A DNA stretch of 43,888 nt from a phage. Location of the stretch: the NCBI GenBank assembly GCA_031856995.1, contig GCA_031856995.1_4356.1; one strand, written 5' to 3'. The notes below the pieces were generated by a model. The model worked only from the letters and a program-made list of their open reading frames with translations, did no database searches and was not told the DNA's origin. Position 1 is the stretch's first letter; each line of letters begins with the position of its first letter. Shown one piece after another: positions 18,614 through 27,981 of this stretch. A program made the translations under genes and the position numbers.

Positions 18614-18969
18614 TTTCTCACCTGAATAAAGTAGGCCACGACATCATCATTAACCATCTTCTTCTCAATGGTTACGACGGACCATTGCTCTCCGCCGAAT
18701 TGAACCTTGTCTTCCATCTTCGGTACGACACTGTAATCGGCTTTAACAATCATGTCGCCGGCCTGAATCGTCGTACCATTTACCAGTCCCGCGTTTACCG
18801 GAACCGGAACGGCCTTCAACGGCAACACTTCATCGTCAGACCATACGTACTCGCCGAGGGCTTCATCCCACACTTTCGAGCCAGCGCGAATCAGCGACAC
18901 CGTGCTGCCGAATTTGGTTAGCAGGCGCGTACCCACGCCTTGCATACGCTTACTGAAAGCGGTGCTCAT
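18610..18969 (-). CDS. head-tail joining/closure protein
   Basis: Track ORF 18610..19023; internal ATG at 18969 gives ATGA coupling with upstream gene. Confidence 0.45.
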   Translation of the reverse strand: MSTAFSKRMQGVGTRLLTKFGSTVSLIRAGSKVWDEALGEYVWSDDEVLPLKAVPVPVNAGLVNGTTIQAGDMIVKADYSVVPKMEDKVQFGGEQWSVVTIEKKMVNDDVVAYFIQVRK

Positions 18970-19508
18970 CAGGCGGCCTCCAGTCTTGAGATAACCAGTA
19001 GCGCGGATGGTGCTGTGCCCCATGCGGTCACGGTAGCCGCTTGCGGGTATACGCCGCCGTAGTTGCTTCCGGAGCTATCTCGCATAATCTGAACGGCAAA
19101 CGTCTGGCCTGCGGTCGGGTTAATAACGACGCGAGATTCAATCGGGATTGTTACGTCGGCGCTTACCAGTTTCGTGGCGGCTGGAGAGCCATACTGCGCA
19201 CCGTTTACTAAAATACGTGATAGCAGGATTGACGTACCACTTGCCCCTGTTCGCCCCGCCTGCAACTTGATGCGAACGGCATAGTTTCCGGGGGTGTTGA
19301 ACGTAACCAGCCCTGCGGCATTAATCATTACCGGGTCTGACGCGGCGCGGAGAACTTCAACCTCTTTAACACCAGGAGTGGCGTAAATAGGCGAGTCAGC
19401 CATCTGCGTCATCACCTCGCGCAACGCTGCGGGGGTAATAAGTCCAGTGGTGTTATCGGGTAGATTTGCACCGATAAGGGTAAACATCTCTGTTTTAGTC
19501 TTCGCCAT
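18969..19508 (-). CDS. structural protein (hypothetical)
   Basis: 179 aa ORF in head-tail connector region. Confidence 0.5.
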   Translation of the reverse strand: MAKTKTEMFTLIGANLPDNTTGLITPAALREVMTQMADSPIYATPGVKEVEVLRAASDPVMINAAGLVTFNTPGNYAVRIKLQAGRTGASGTSILLSRILVNGAQYGSPAATKLVSADVTIPIESRVVINPTAGQTFAVQIMRDSSGSNYGGVYPQAATVTAWGTAPSALLVISRLEAA

Positions 19509-19510
19509 TT

Positions 19511-20023
19511 TTAGCCCCGGTACACGTTAAACGAGAAGCCATTGTTAAGACCGCCACACAGTAACGGGCGTAAGGCGTCGTCCGCAGCGGTAATAGAAGT
19601 TGTAGCGCCACTGTTGCCGTTGTTGAAGTAGGTCACTGTCACTGCGCCTTCTACGCGCTCAGTCTGCACGGAGCGCCCATCAGAGTTAGCCCGCACCTCA
19701 GTACCGGAGCCATACGTAACGGCGGCGATTACCTGCGCAAGAATCACCTGCTTCGGGATGGCATTGTTCGATACAGGGAACCCGTTTAACGTTACACCAG
19801 CGCGAGGATACGCCAGGGACTGTTCAGCAGATACACGACGACCGCACATCTGCGGTTCTGCAAGCCCGACATAAGTAGCACCGTTGCGCAAGGCCACCTC
19901 TGCGGCGGTATCGTCTGCTGGCAACTCCAGACCATAATTAGCCGCTAACGCGCGGGCGTCAGCCAGACTAATGTAACTGTCAGCGCCAGGTACTATTGAC
20001 CCATCTTCCACGATTAGCGGCAT
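19511..20023 (-). CDS. head-tail adaptor-like protein (hypothetical)
   Basis: 170 aa ORF, position. Confidence 0.45.
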   Translation of the reverse strand: MPLIVEDGSIVPGADSYISLADARALAANYGLELPADDTAAEVALRNGATYVGLAEPQMCGRRVSAEQSLAYPRAGVTLNGFPVSNNAIPKQVILAQVIAAVTYGSGTEVRANSDGRSVQTERVEGAVTVTYFNNGNSGATTSITAADDALRPLLCGGLNNGFSFNVYRG

Positions 20024-20026
20024 AAA

Positions 20027-20206
20027 TTATTCCTCTGACTTACGGCGACGACGCTTGGCACCGCCACCGTTGTTGTGCGCTTCTTCGTTGTCCGGTTGAG
20101 TCGTAACCAGTTCATCCGCTTCTACAACACCGCGAACAGGCATCACCTGACCGTCAACGATATCAACGTGGGTGTACTTTTCGCGGATTACATAATTATC
20201 TGCCAT
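20027..20206 (-). CDS. small hypothetical protein (59 aa) with basic C-terminus
   Basis: ATG preceded by AAGGAAAGG; MADNYVIREKYTHVDIVDGQ...AKRRRRKSEE. Confidence 0.45.
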   Translation of the reverse strand: MADNYVIREKYTHVDIVDGQVMPVRGVVEADELVTTQPDNEEAHNNGGGAKRRRRKSEE

Positions 20207-20242
20207 GACCTTTCCTTATTACGGCCCCGAAGGGCCGTTGTA

Positions 20243-20596
20243 TTAAGACACAGTTGCTACAGTGCTGCTGGAGATAATATTACCATACACATCGTGAACA
20301 ACCACTTTATACGTGCCGGAATCGGTAGATGCGACAGTGGTGGCTTTGGTGTACGTAGCCGCTGTAGCGCCTGGGATGGCGTTGTTATCCTTGAACCACT
20401 GATAGGAATAAGGCGCCAGCCCACCTGTCACCACAACGGTAAGGGTTAACGCGTTAGGCGCGGTGACAGCGGTAGTAGCCGCAAGCGCGGTAGAAAAAGA
20501 GGCTGGCGCGATATTTGCCATGTCGATTTCAACCTGACCGTCGGCAGGAGAGTCGTCAGAAACACCGGTAATACGACGTTTGATTACATCAACCAT
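20243..20596 (-). CDS. Ig-like domain protein (possible head decoration)
   Basis: PYSYQWFKDNNAIPGATAATYT...DSGTYKVVVHDVYGN resembles bacterial Ig-like (Big) fold signature. Confidence 0.55.
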   Translation of the reverse strand: MVDVIKRRITGVSDDSPADGQVEIDMANIAPASFSTALAATTAVTAPNALTLTVVVTGGLAPYSYQWFKDNNAIPGATAATYTKATTVASTDSGTYKVVVHDVYGNIISSSTVATVS

Positions 20597-20608
20597 TTTT
20601 AAGCTCCT

Positions 20609-20908
20609 TTAGCTTACGGTTCCTGCGTTTTTAAGCGCAGTCAACAGATTTGCTACGGTAGTGCGCAGCGCGGTAACATCAGTTCGGAGTTTGTTGTACT
20701 CCGCTACGAGAGCATCGAACTCGGTCTTAGTTGGAGCATCAGCAGACTGCGCCCCCGCACCAGCGGTAATGGCTGCGGGCGCTGCTACAGTAGCTGACTT
20801 TTTAACTCCACCAACTACGCTGGTAGTAGCTGGCGTGACTGGGATATCCAGGTCGCCGAAATCGACATTCTGAAGGCTGCGCGGCAAGCCTTTTCCGGTC
20901 TTAGCCAT
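20609..20908 (-). CDS. hypothetical head-associated protein
   Basis: 99 aa Ala-rich ORF just downstream of major capsid gene. Confidence 0.5.
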   Translation of the reverse strand: MAKTGKGLPRSLQNVDFGDLDIPVTPATTSVVGGVKKSATVAAPAAITAGAGAQSADAPTKTEFDALVAEYNKLRTDVTALRTTVANLLTALKNAGTVS

Positions 20909-20967
20909 AATTTACCTCTTAGTAAATGAAAAGAGGGACCGAAGTCCCTCTAGATTATAGCTTAACC

Positions 20968-22017
20968 TTAAGCACCGACACCAGTTACCAGGAAGGCAAT
21001 CGGTACGTGCTTACGTTCAACAACACGGTTCCAGTTAGAGGCGTTCGCCAGGTCCTGCCAGGAAGCAGAACGTGCGACAGTCTCGGTGCCGTTGCCGGTG
21101 ATCACCGCGCCGGTGAAGCTGTAGCCCAGCGGGTGCAGTAACCAGGTCTTACGGGTCCACAGGGTTTCTACGCCACCACCGTTGCCGCGAGACGGTTCGC
21201 GCTCGTATTCCAGCGGGTTGGACGGAGAACCTTCACCGTAACCGATAGCGCCGTTGCCGAAGATGATGGAGATGAACTTACGGGTCGAGCCAGTACCAAC
21301 TACAGTCATGCTGTCATCAACAATCACGCGGTATCCCTGGTAGGTGGCGAACAAGGTGTCGTTGTCGGCGTCTTTGATGAAGTCGATAAGCTGCTGCTTA
21401 CGTGCCTGCGCATAAACGAAGCTGTGCATCGCGATAGCACCCAACACTTCACCGCCGTTACCCATCAGCGCATCACCCATAGTCTGGGTAGCGTCGATGA
21501 ACGCACCTGCGTCGAAGCCCAGAGTAGCGGACACGTCGATAACCATGTCGTTCTGCTCGTGGTACGCATCGGTAGCCGCTACGTTATCATTGTACAGACC
21601 GAGCGCGGTAGCAATAAGACGGCGTTGTGCCTGACGCTGCCAGAAGTTATCCAGACGGGAAGCCACGGATTGCAGCGGATTCTGGCTGGTCAGTTCTACC
21701 GTCAGGTCAGCCTGACCAAAACCTTCGTTCAGGTAAGCTACGCGAACATCCATCTCACCGGTTTGCACGTTACGCGGGGTGGCGACGTCCTGATATACGT
21801 CGTTCGAGTAGTTCGGCTCGATAGAGGTATCAATAGCTTTCCAGTACGGCAGGACCGCTTTGTTGGACGGGCCGTTTGCGATAGCGGCGGCATACGGAGT
21901 CGAGGTAAGGATACCGGACTGGAAGAACGCGGTTTTCTCTACCGGGTCCTCTGTCATGTAGGACAGGATTACCGATTCTTTACCAGTTACGATGTCGCCG
22001 ATAGTAGTAATTGCCAT
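20968..22017 (-). CDS. major capsid protein
   Basis: 349 aa; GAGGA RBS; directly after scaffold gene; position and size. Confidence 0.75.
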   Translation of the reverse strand: MAITTIGDIVTGKESVILSYMTEDPVEKTAFFQSGILTSTPYAAAIANGPSNKAVLPYWKAIDTSIEPNYSNDVYQDVATPRNVQTGEMDVRVAYLNEGFGQADLTVELTSQNPLQSVASRLDNFWQRQAQRRLIATALGLYNDNVAATDAYHEQNDMVIDVSATLGFDAGAFIDATQTMGDALMGNGGEVLGAIAMHSFVYAQARKQQLIDFIKDADNDTLFATYQGYRVIVDDSMTVVGTGSTRKFISIIFGNGAIGYGEGSPSNPLEYEREPSRGNGGGVETLWTRKTWLLHPLGYSFTGAVITGNGTETVARSASWQDLANASNWNRVVERKHVPIAFLVTGVGA

Positions 22018-22721
22018 TATTTTTTCCTCAGGGCTTTAAGTTGCCGTTCAAATTCGGCAGGGTTCGATTCGTACAGAGCGATACGCTCCGCTTCACTCAT
22101 GTCTTTAAACGCTGGTGCGGCCCCGCCGCCTTTGCTACCGGAAGCCCCGCCGCCGGAAGCTGCATTTGCTTTAATCAAATGTGAAAACGCTTTGTGTTCT
22201 CGCAAGTATTTGCGGAACTGTTCCGGGTCAGTCGTGATTACGTTGCCGTCTGCGCCAACAAACTTAGTAACCACATCATCGCCTTCGAACTCAGTCTTAA
22301 CGAACGGCGCAAGAATGTCCACTGCTTCTGGGGTAATAAAGTCACCCGCGAAAGAGCCTAGCACCGCTTTACGTTCGCTGCCGAGGATACGCTCTGCCAT
22401 TCTGGAGATGCGACCGTCTTTCTCGGCTAACACCGGGTCATACTGGCTACGAATCGTCTTTTCGAACTCATCCATCTTACCAGCGGCTTTTAACGCCTCC
22501 TGGTGCGCGCGCTGCCGTTCTTCTTCGGCCTCTTTTGCTTTGCGAGCGGCTTCTTTCTTCTCCGCCAACAATGCTTCCTGATTAGCCTTAAGCCCGGCAA
22601 CTTCTTTCTCAATCAGCGCCTGAACTTCTTCAGCGGTGAACATTTTCGGCGCGTCACCGCCACCAGCTTTATCTTCTGCCCCAGCTTCTTCCTGGAACGG
22701 ATAACGTAAAAAACGATTCAT
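22017..22721 (-). CDS. scaffolding protein
   Basis: Charged, Ala/Glu/Lys-rich coiled-coil protein immediately upstream of capsid gene; likely start at ATG 22721 (track ORF starts 22775). Confidence 0.6.
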   Translation of the reverse strand: MNRFLRYPFQEEAGAEDKAGGGDAPKMFTAEEVQALIEKEVAGLKANQEALLAEKKEAARKAKEAEEERQRAHQEALKAAGKMDEFEKTIRSQYDPVLAEKDGRISRMAERILGSERKAVLGSFAGDFITPEAVDILAPFVKTEFEGDDVVTKFVGADGNVITTDPEQFRKYLREHKAFSHLIKANAASGGGASGSKGGGAAPAFKDMSEAERIALYESNPAEFERQLKALRKK

Positions 22722-22803
22722 AGTCAGTATGTCCCCTGGACGTTGGAACCCGGGCCACCCGGATTTACATGTCAAGAATAAATTATTCCAACATGCAAGG
22801 CAA

Positions 22804-23067
22804 CTATTCCAGAATATTCCTCACGTAGTCCTGCAACATGAACACTTTCAGCCTCAGTTGCCGTACGCATTCGGCGTTCTGAACGTCGATAGCCAAATCC
22901 TCGTCAGCGTCGTTACTTGGCGGAGCCAGTTTGCACGGCGGCTGCATCATTGTCGTATCCGGGGATGGAATTAGCGTTTGCGACGGCGCTGGACTTGAGC
23001 AGGACGCGAGCATCGTCGAAAGTGCACACGCTGCGACCAGGCGTTTTAATGTACTTAACGACTTCAC
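22804..23067 (-). CDS. o-spanin (Rz1-like outer-membrane lipoprotein)
   Basis: Lipobox LASC after signal sequence, Pro-rich mature part; out of frame inside 3' half of i-spanin gene. Confidence 0.7.
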   Translation of the reverse strand: MKSLSTLKRLVAACALSTMLASCSSPAPSQTLIPSPDTTMMQPPCKLAPPSNDADEDLAIDVQNAECVRQLRLKVFMLQDYVRNILE

Positions 23068-23299
23068 GGGTAATTACCTCTGATTTCGTCTTGCCTTCGT
23101 TGTCAGCGGCTGCGGCCTTTGATTCGTCCTGCTGCTGCCGTTGTGTTTTCTTCGCCAACTCAGCCTGTGCTTTCTGCTGTTGCTGAGAAACGAGATTCGC
23201 CCGGCCTTCGTTCCAGCCGCTGCGGTACTGGTAGATGCCGTGTGCGTAAGCCAGGATGACGAAACATGCTCCTGCTACGACAGTTGCTTTAAGATTCAT
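22913..23299 (-). CDS. i-spanin (Rz-like)
   Basis: N-terminal TM anchor VVAGACFVILAYAHG, Gln/Ala/Lys-rich coiled-coil periplasmic part; AAGGAG RBS. Confidence 0.7.
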   Translation of the reverse strand: MNLKATVVAGACFVILAYAHGIYQYRSGWNEGRANLVSQQQQKAQAELAKKTQRQQQDESKAAAADNEGKTKSEVITREVVKYIKTPGRSVCTFDDARVLLKSSAVANANSIPGYDNDAAAVQTGSAK

Positions 23300-23550
23300 G
23301 TTTCTCCTTTCTCGATAAGTAAAGCCCCGCTTTAAGGCGGGGCGCTAGTCCTTATCATTTAAACATAGAAACGGCGTAATCTCAGTAAACCCGTTACTTT
23401 TTACACGAGCAATAGAGTATGGCCCTTCCGAACGCGTCAGCGTAACTACACTCATGACTTACGTCCCGCTCCGTTACCTGCCCGCGCCGCGGTCGCTTGT
23501 TCATACTTCACAAGCTCAGGTGGAGCTTAGCACATTTTTAGTGAAAAGTC

Positions 23551-23566
23551 AACTATTCGAATAGTT
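23551..23566. promoter_or_regulatory. Perfect 16-bp palindrome AACTATTCGAATAGTT
   Basis: Direct reading; half-sites are those of the recurring promoter palindrome but in inverted arrangement. Confidence 0.5.
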
Positions 23567-23604
23567 TATTCCTACATTTACAATTTGGTGGAATAACTGG
23601 AATA

Positions 23605-23632
23605 ATCACAGGCATTAAAAAGCCCCTTTCGG
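23605..23632 (-). terminator. Rho-independent terminator
   Basis: GCCCCtttcGGGGC hairpin with T-run on - strand. Confidence 0.7.
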
Positions 23633-23641
23633 GGCCTAAGT

Positions 23642-24103
23642 TTATTCTGGCTTAGTGACCTTCGCCGCTTTGCTGACAGCCTCTACACCATCGGCATCAG
23701 TAACTTTAACGAAGTATTCCCCAACAGAATTAACCGTCAGAGACAAAGCCTCTTCCGGGGCGTTAACCACTTCCTTCCCGTCTTTGTACCAGGTCAGCGC
23801 ATATGGTGCTTTGCCCGCCTTAACTTCGACAGCGATATTTGCGCTGCCGTCTGCCAGTTCAGCGTCCTGCGGTTGTACGGAGAAATACACATCACCAGCA
23901 TCCGCCAGGTACTGAATCTCATAAAGCATGCCCGCCGCCGGTAGCGCAATACCGGTTTTATCTGCAAACGGCATATCGTCTACGGGCGCACCCAGTACAC
24001 TTTCATCTTCAATAAATACCACGTTCTCGCCGGAGCCAGGCACACGGGCGTACTGGACTACGCGACGCGACGGTACATCAGTTACTTTGAAAAAGCCCAT
24101 CAT
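23642..24103 (-). CDS. Ig-like domain protein
   Basis: APYALTWYKDGKEV...GEYFVKVTDADG Big-like signature. Confidence 0.55.
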   Translation of the reverse strand: MMGFFKVTDVPSRRVVQYARVPGSGENVVFIEDESVLGAPVDDMPFADKTGIALPAAGMLYEIQYLADAGDVYFSVQPQDAELADGSANIAVEVKAGKAPYALTWYKDGKEVVNAPEEALSLTVNSVGEYFVKVTDADGVEAVSKAAKVTKPE

Positions 24104-25179
24104 TATTCCCCTTTCAGATAATCAGCAACACGTTTATCGAGTTCCGCCATCTGCTTAAGCGTGAGCGGATTCCCGAAACCATCTACAGATATTACGCGAA
24201 ACTCTTCCGGCGATATACCGCTGTTACGGAAAATCTTACCCCGCACCGGGCCTAGAGCCTGGTCCTGAAACCATGCCGGTTGTTGTTTCAGGAACTCGTA
24301 GTAAGTGGTGTCTGCGCTTACCTGAGTACCTCCGTCCGCACCCTTAGCCGCGCGTTTTGCGCCTTTATCCAGGAAGTCGAACTCCGAACTGATTACCGGA
24401 GCCGTGCACGACCGGCAGTTCGGATGGGCGGGGGGCATCGGCCCTTTACCGATTTCCCACGTCATCCCATCTCTGGCCTTGCAAACGGCTGAGGTCCTAG
24501 AATCAAGAGTAGACACCCACTCATATTTCTCGATAATGTCGTCGTTCTGGCGGTACGTCTCATTACGGGCTTCGTTGGACACGTGGGACAGCGCGGTGCG
24601 GATTACTGTAGCAGCGTGTTTCTCTGATACGTCAGCCAGGCCGCCTTTACCAACTACTTCTTTAACAATCTGCCGTGTGGTTTGGCCTTGCACAAAGCCC
24701 ATCTTAACGCCAGTTACAAGGCGCGCGACCTCCGCTTCACCCCAGCCTGACATCAGCTTGGTGAAGTCAACAGGCTTGTCGCTCAACGATAAGGGTTGAA
24801 ACTCGGCGGCGGCCCACACCTGTTCAGCGGTAGGCGTAACAAATTCCGCGTTTACGTTGGCGGTCAGTGTCTTTACGTTCCACTCCGCCTCATACGCCGC
24901 CAGTTCCTTAAGGTCTTCTGTCAGCTTTGTTTGCCAGTCAACTGTAAGTCCAGCCAGTGCTTCTTCAAGGTCGCGTAACAGTTTATTCAGCCGGGCGGTG
25001 CTGCGGCCATCATCGCCGAATAACAGCACCTGCCGTTTGATTTCGTCCCGCATCTCCTGAATGAACGGTGCTAGGTCTTTCACCTCACCGGATGCAGTAC
25101 GTTGCAGCCATATCTGGTGGCTAATTAGAGATGTAAGTAAGCTCATAGATAAACCCTGCGGTGCTAAAGTTAATAGCAT
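24103..25179 (-). CDS. head morphogenesis protein (Mu F / SPP1 gp7-like)
   Basis: 358 aa directly after portal gene; C-terminal AHPNCRSC motif. Confidence 0.65.
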   Translation of the reverse strand: MLLTLAPQGLSMSLLTSLISHQIWLQRTASGEVKDLAPFIQEMRDEIKRQVLLFGDDGRSTARLNKLLRDLEEALAGLTVDWQTKLTEDLKELAAYEAEWNVKTLTANVNAEFVTPTAEQVWAAAEFQPLSLSDKPVDFTKLMSGWGEAEVARLVTGVKMGFVQGQTTRQIVKEVVGKGGLADVSEKHAATVIRTALSHVSNEARNETYRQNDDIIEKYEWVSTLDSRTSAVCKARDGMTWEIGKGPMPPAHPNCRSCTAPVISSEFDFLDKGAKRAAKGADGGTQVSADTTYYEFLKQQPAWFQDQALGPVRGKIFRNSGISPEEFRVISVDGFGNPLTLKQMAELDKRVADYLKGE

Positions 25180-25215
25180 ACTATAGGAAAGCCCCTTTCG
25201 GGGCTATAGATGAAC

Positions 25216-26697
25216 TTACGGCTGAGCGGCGTCTTGTTGCTGTGCCGACCGCGGAATCTCCCCCTCCACCTGAGCAACAGTACCTAACGGCAGCGGCGCA
25301 TCCTCGATAGCGTTCCGAATATCTTCGTCTGTCCAGTCAGTTACACCGGCCTTGCGCAATGCCGCGTAATAAGCAGTAGCGGGTAGCAGGCCAGCGTTAA
25401 TATCCGCCATCCACTGCGCTCGTTCGGGAGCGGTCATCGGTTGCAGGAAGAATTCCATATTCAGCTTGAACTCAATCTCAGTGTCTTCGCGCAACCCAAG
25501 CATCGCCGCTACCCAGCGCAACGCATCGGTATACGCCATGCTTACGTTACGCGCGATTGTTGCCATAACGGACGTATCAGCACCGCGCTGCAGACGGGCC
25601 GATTCAGCGGTGATTTGCTGCGTCGGGGTGATAAGCTGCGCGCCAATCTGGATTGCCTGATTCTCTTTATCCAGCATGTTTTGTTTGGCGAGGTTGTTCT
25701 CTCCTGCCTGAACCAGAAACGCATTGCCGCCGTAGCCGATGTTATGGCCCGAACGCGACCCCATGCGCACACCGTGTGGGTTAGCTTCTTTCCACTGTTC
25801 CATGCTCATATTCTCACCGGGGGCGATGAACAGAGTGGGCTGGCCCACAACGAAACTGGACTCCTCATTGTCTGCGCTGTTACGGAAATGTCCGATATTA
25901 AGCTCAGCCAACGGCAGCAAAGGCGCATCGTCGATAGTAGCGTCGTTGTTGCTTGCACCAATGAACGTGAACGGGATTTTGCCACGTAACTGTTCGCCGA
26001 GTTCCGGGAAGATTTCGATTACTTCACCCTGTGCGCCACCTTCTGCGTCAAAGCGGTAAATGCGCTGACGGTAGCGACCGTCAATCAAATCGAGAACGCG
26101 GTATTGCTCACCGAACTTTGTTTCGAACTCTGCGCCCGGTTCTGAGTATTCCCATACCTCACGCAATACAACCATCGTCACGCGGTTAACTGAACCGACG
26201 CGAGTCAGTCGCCAGTTGATGATGTTCTCTGCGGTATAGAAAGCGATGACCGGGTTTAATAGCCCCGCGTTCTGCTCTGCCGCCGTTGCCGCGGCGGTCT
26301 CCGGGGCGTCAACCAGCAACCCACCACGGCCCACCGAGTCAATCTCCATCAGCGTGTCCTGCGCGTGCTGCCACAGACCAACACCGGAGCCGTCGGTATT
26401 ACGTAACAGGTACTCCAGTTCAGGCGGGATAATCTGCTCGGGGTCTTTGCGCATCACGGACCCAACCATCCCCGCCAGGGTACGTTTAGTAAAGTTGTAG
26501 CAGATAGCGCCGTTCTCGTATTCTTCCTGACGCTGTGCCGCGTAGGTCGGGTCTGGTTCGTTCTTCCCGACGTTGCGCAGGTAACGGATAAGGCCGCCTT
26601 CCAGCGCGTGGCGTACCTTCTGCCATTTATTGAAGTGATGCAGCCATTCCCGGTGTTTAGTCTTAACACCCTGATTCTGACCGTTCATAGTTAACAT
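25216..26697 (-). CDS. portal protein
   Basis: 493 aa ORF immediately downstream of terminase large subunit. Confidence 0.75.
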   Translation of the reverse strand: MLTMNGQNQGVKTKHREWLHHFNKWQKVRHALEGGLIRYLRNVGKNEPDPTYAAQRQEEYENGAICYNFTKRTLAGMVGSVMRKDPEQIIPPELEYLLRNTDGSGVGLWQHAQDTLMEIDSVGRGGLLVDAPETAAATAAEQNAGLLNPVIAFYTAENIINWRLTRVGSVNRVTMVVLREVWEYSEPGAEFETKFGEQYRVLDLIDGRYRQRIYRFDAEGGAQGEVIEIFPELGEQLRGKIPFTFIGASNNDATIDDAPLLPLAELNIGHFRNSADNEESSFVVGQPTLFIAPGENMSMEQWKEANPHGVRMGSRSGHNIGYGGNAFLVQAGENNLAKQNMLDKENQAIQIGAQLITPTQQITAESARLQRGADTSVMATIARNVSMAYTDALRWVAAMLGLREDTEIEFKLNMEFFLQPMTAPERAQWMADINAGLLPATAYYAALRKAGVTDWTDEDIRNAIEDAPLPLGTVAQVEGEIPRSAQQQDAAQP

Positions 26698-26709
26698 TGA
26701 ATAATCCTC

Positions 26710-27981
26710 TTAAAGTGCGAAAGTCACCGGGACGTTAATAACTGGTTTGCGAATCGGCATTTCATACGCGATAGGGTATGTGGTTCCATCATTCTGGTGG
26801 TCCACACCACCTGATTTATCCGGTTCGCCGTTCTTGTCGTAGGCTTGCTGCTCCAGGCATCGAGCAGTAACCGGGCAAGCCTGTTCGTTAATCATGACCA
26901 TACCAGATTCAAGCGCCTTATTCATCGCAGATACGCGGTCTTTAACCGGTGGGTTTGTCGATTTAGCGCGTACTTCGAAACCGGCCTGCTGTAGCTGGAC
27001 GATGTCGGAGGTGCTGGCGTTGTTGCTTTTACGGTTCTTGCCGCTGGCGTCCGGGTACATAACGATATAATGGCCCTTACTTTTCCAGCGCTCCGTTATG
27101 GCTCGCACTACATCCGGCGTATCGAACATATCAACCAACTCGGCGACAGCGTGCCACACCTTTCCGCGTTGCACGTAGACTGTGCTCGCCATATGGCCTA
27201 CGTTAAAATCCTGCCCAATATACAGAGTCTCACCAGGCTTGATTGTTTCGCGACTGCTGTTTTTCCTGCGGTCGTAAGCGTAGTAGACCGTCCCAGCCGT
27301 GAGGTTTACGAACTCGCCGTTGATGTAGGCATCAATCAACTGCCCGGGGTAGGTATCTCGTAAGGACTGCACATAATCTTCTGGCAGGAACGGGTTAGAC
27401 AGGGTGGACGCCTGAATCATCTCGTAACCAGGATTCTTTTTAACAACCCAGCGGTCATGCACGAAACGGAATCCTTCCGGCGTAGTGAACACGGAAACGG
27501 TATTAGCAGGTTTTGGCGTAATAGGTTTATACGTCCTCGGCAACTGACGGTTACGGGCGATGACTTTGTTCCATGCGTGCTCCGCGTGTTCCATGTTCAG
27601 GGTATCCAACTCGTCGATTTTTGCACGAAATGACTCGTAACCAACGATTCGTGCTGGATTATCTAATGTACGCAGGACAAAATCCCCAAATTGACCGGAT
27701 GACGTATAGATTATGTTGTCGGACTTATTGTATTTGTACCGGATACCCCAGTCCGTCAGCTTCTCTTCCATACGGGGCGCAAGGATAAGGCGTACCAGGT
27801 CATAAGTAGGCTCATACATGGCGATGATAGAATCGCTGCCACCCTCCATGCTGTCCAGTAGCGCGGAGTTACACATAACCTCTGATTTCCCGGTGCCGAA
27901 GCCAGCCACGAACGCAGGGAACTTGCAATGCATCCCAAGAAATGCGCCTTGAGGTTCCGTTGCCGTGATATTAACGTTCAC
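26710..27981 (-). CDS. terminase large subunit
   Basis: Walker A-like AGFGTGKS near N-terminus; 423 aa; upstream of portal. Confidence 0.8.
   Translation of the reverse strand: MNVNITATEPQGAFLGMHCKFPAFVAGFGTGKSEVMCNSALLDSMEGGSDSIIAMYEPTYDLVRLILAPRMEEKLTDWGIRYKYNKSDNIIYTSSGQFGDFVLRTLDNPARIVGYESFRAKIDELDTLNMEHAEHAWNKVIARNRQLPRTYKPITPKPANTVSVFTTPEGFRFVHDRWVVKKNPGYEMIQASTLSNPFLPEDYVQSLRDTYPGQLIDAYINGEFVNLTAGTVYYAYDRRKNSSRETIKPGETLYIGQDFNVGHMASTVYVQRGKVWHAVAELVDMFDTPDVVRAITERWKSKGHYIVMYPDASGKNRKSNNASTSDIVQLQQAGFEVRAKSTNPPVKDRVSAMNKALESGMVMINEQACPVTARCLEQQAYDKNGEPDKSGGVDHQNDGTTYPIAYEMPIRKPVINVPVTFAL

Noticed and set aside
21424-22581. 385-aa + strand ORF antisense to the scaffold and major capsid genes
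   Set aside because: Lies wholly inside well-supported - strand structural genes; Ser/Arg/Ala-rich low-complexity translation typical of the reverse frame of coding DNA; no RBS.
25170-25192. T7-promoter-like string TAATAGCATACTATAGGAAAG
   Set aside because: Partial resemblance only; no phage RNA polymerase gene in the genome; it sits at a terminator-like hairpin between - strand genes and is on the wrong strand.
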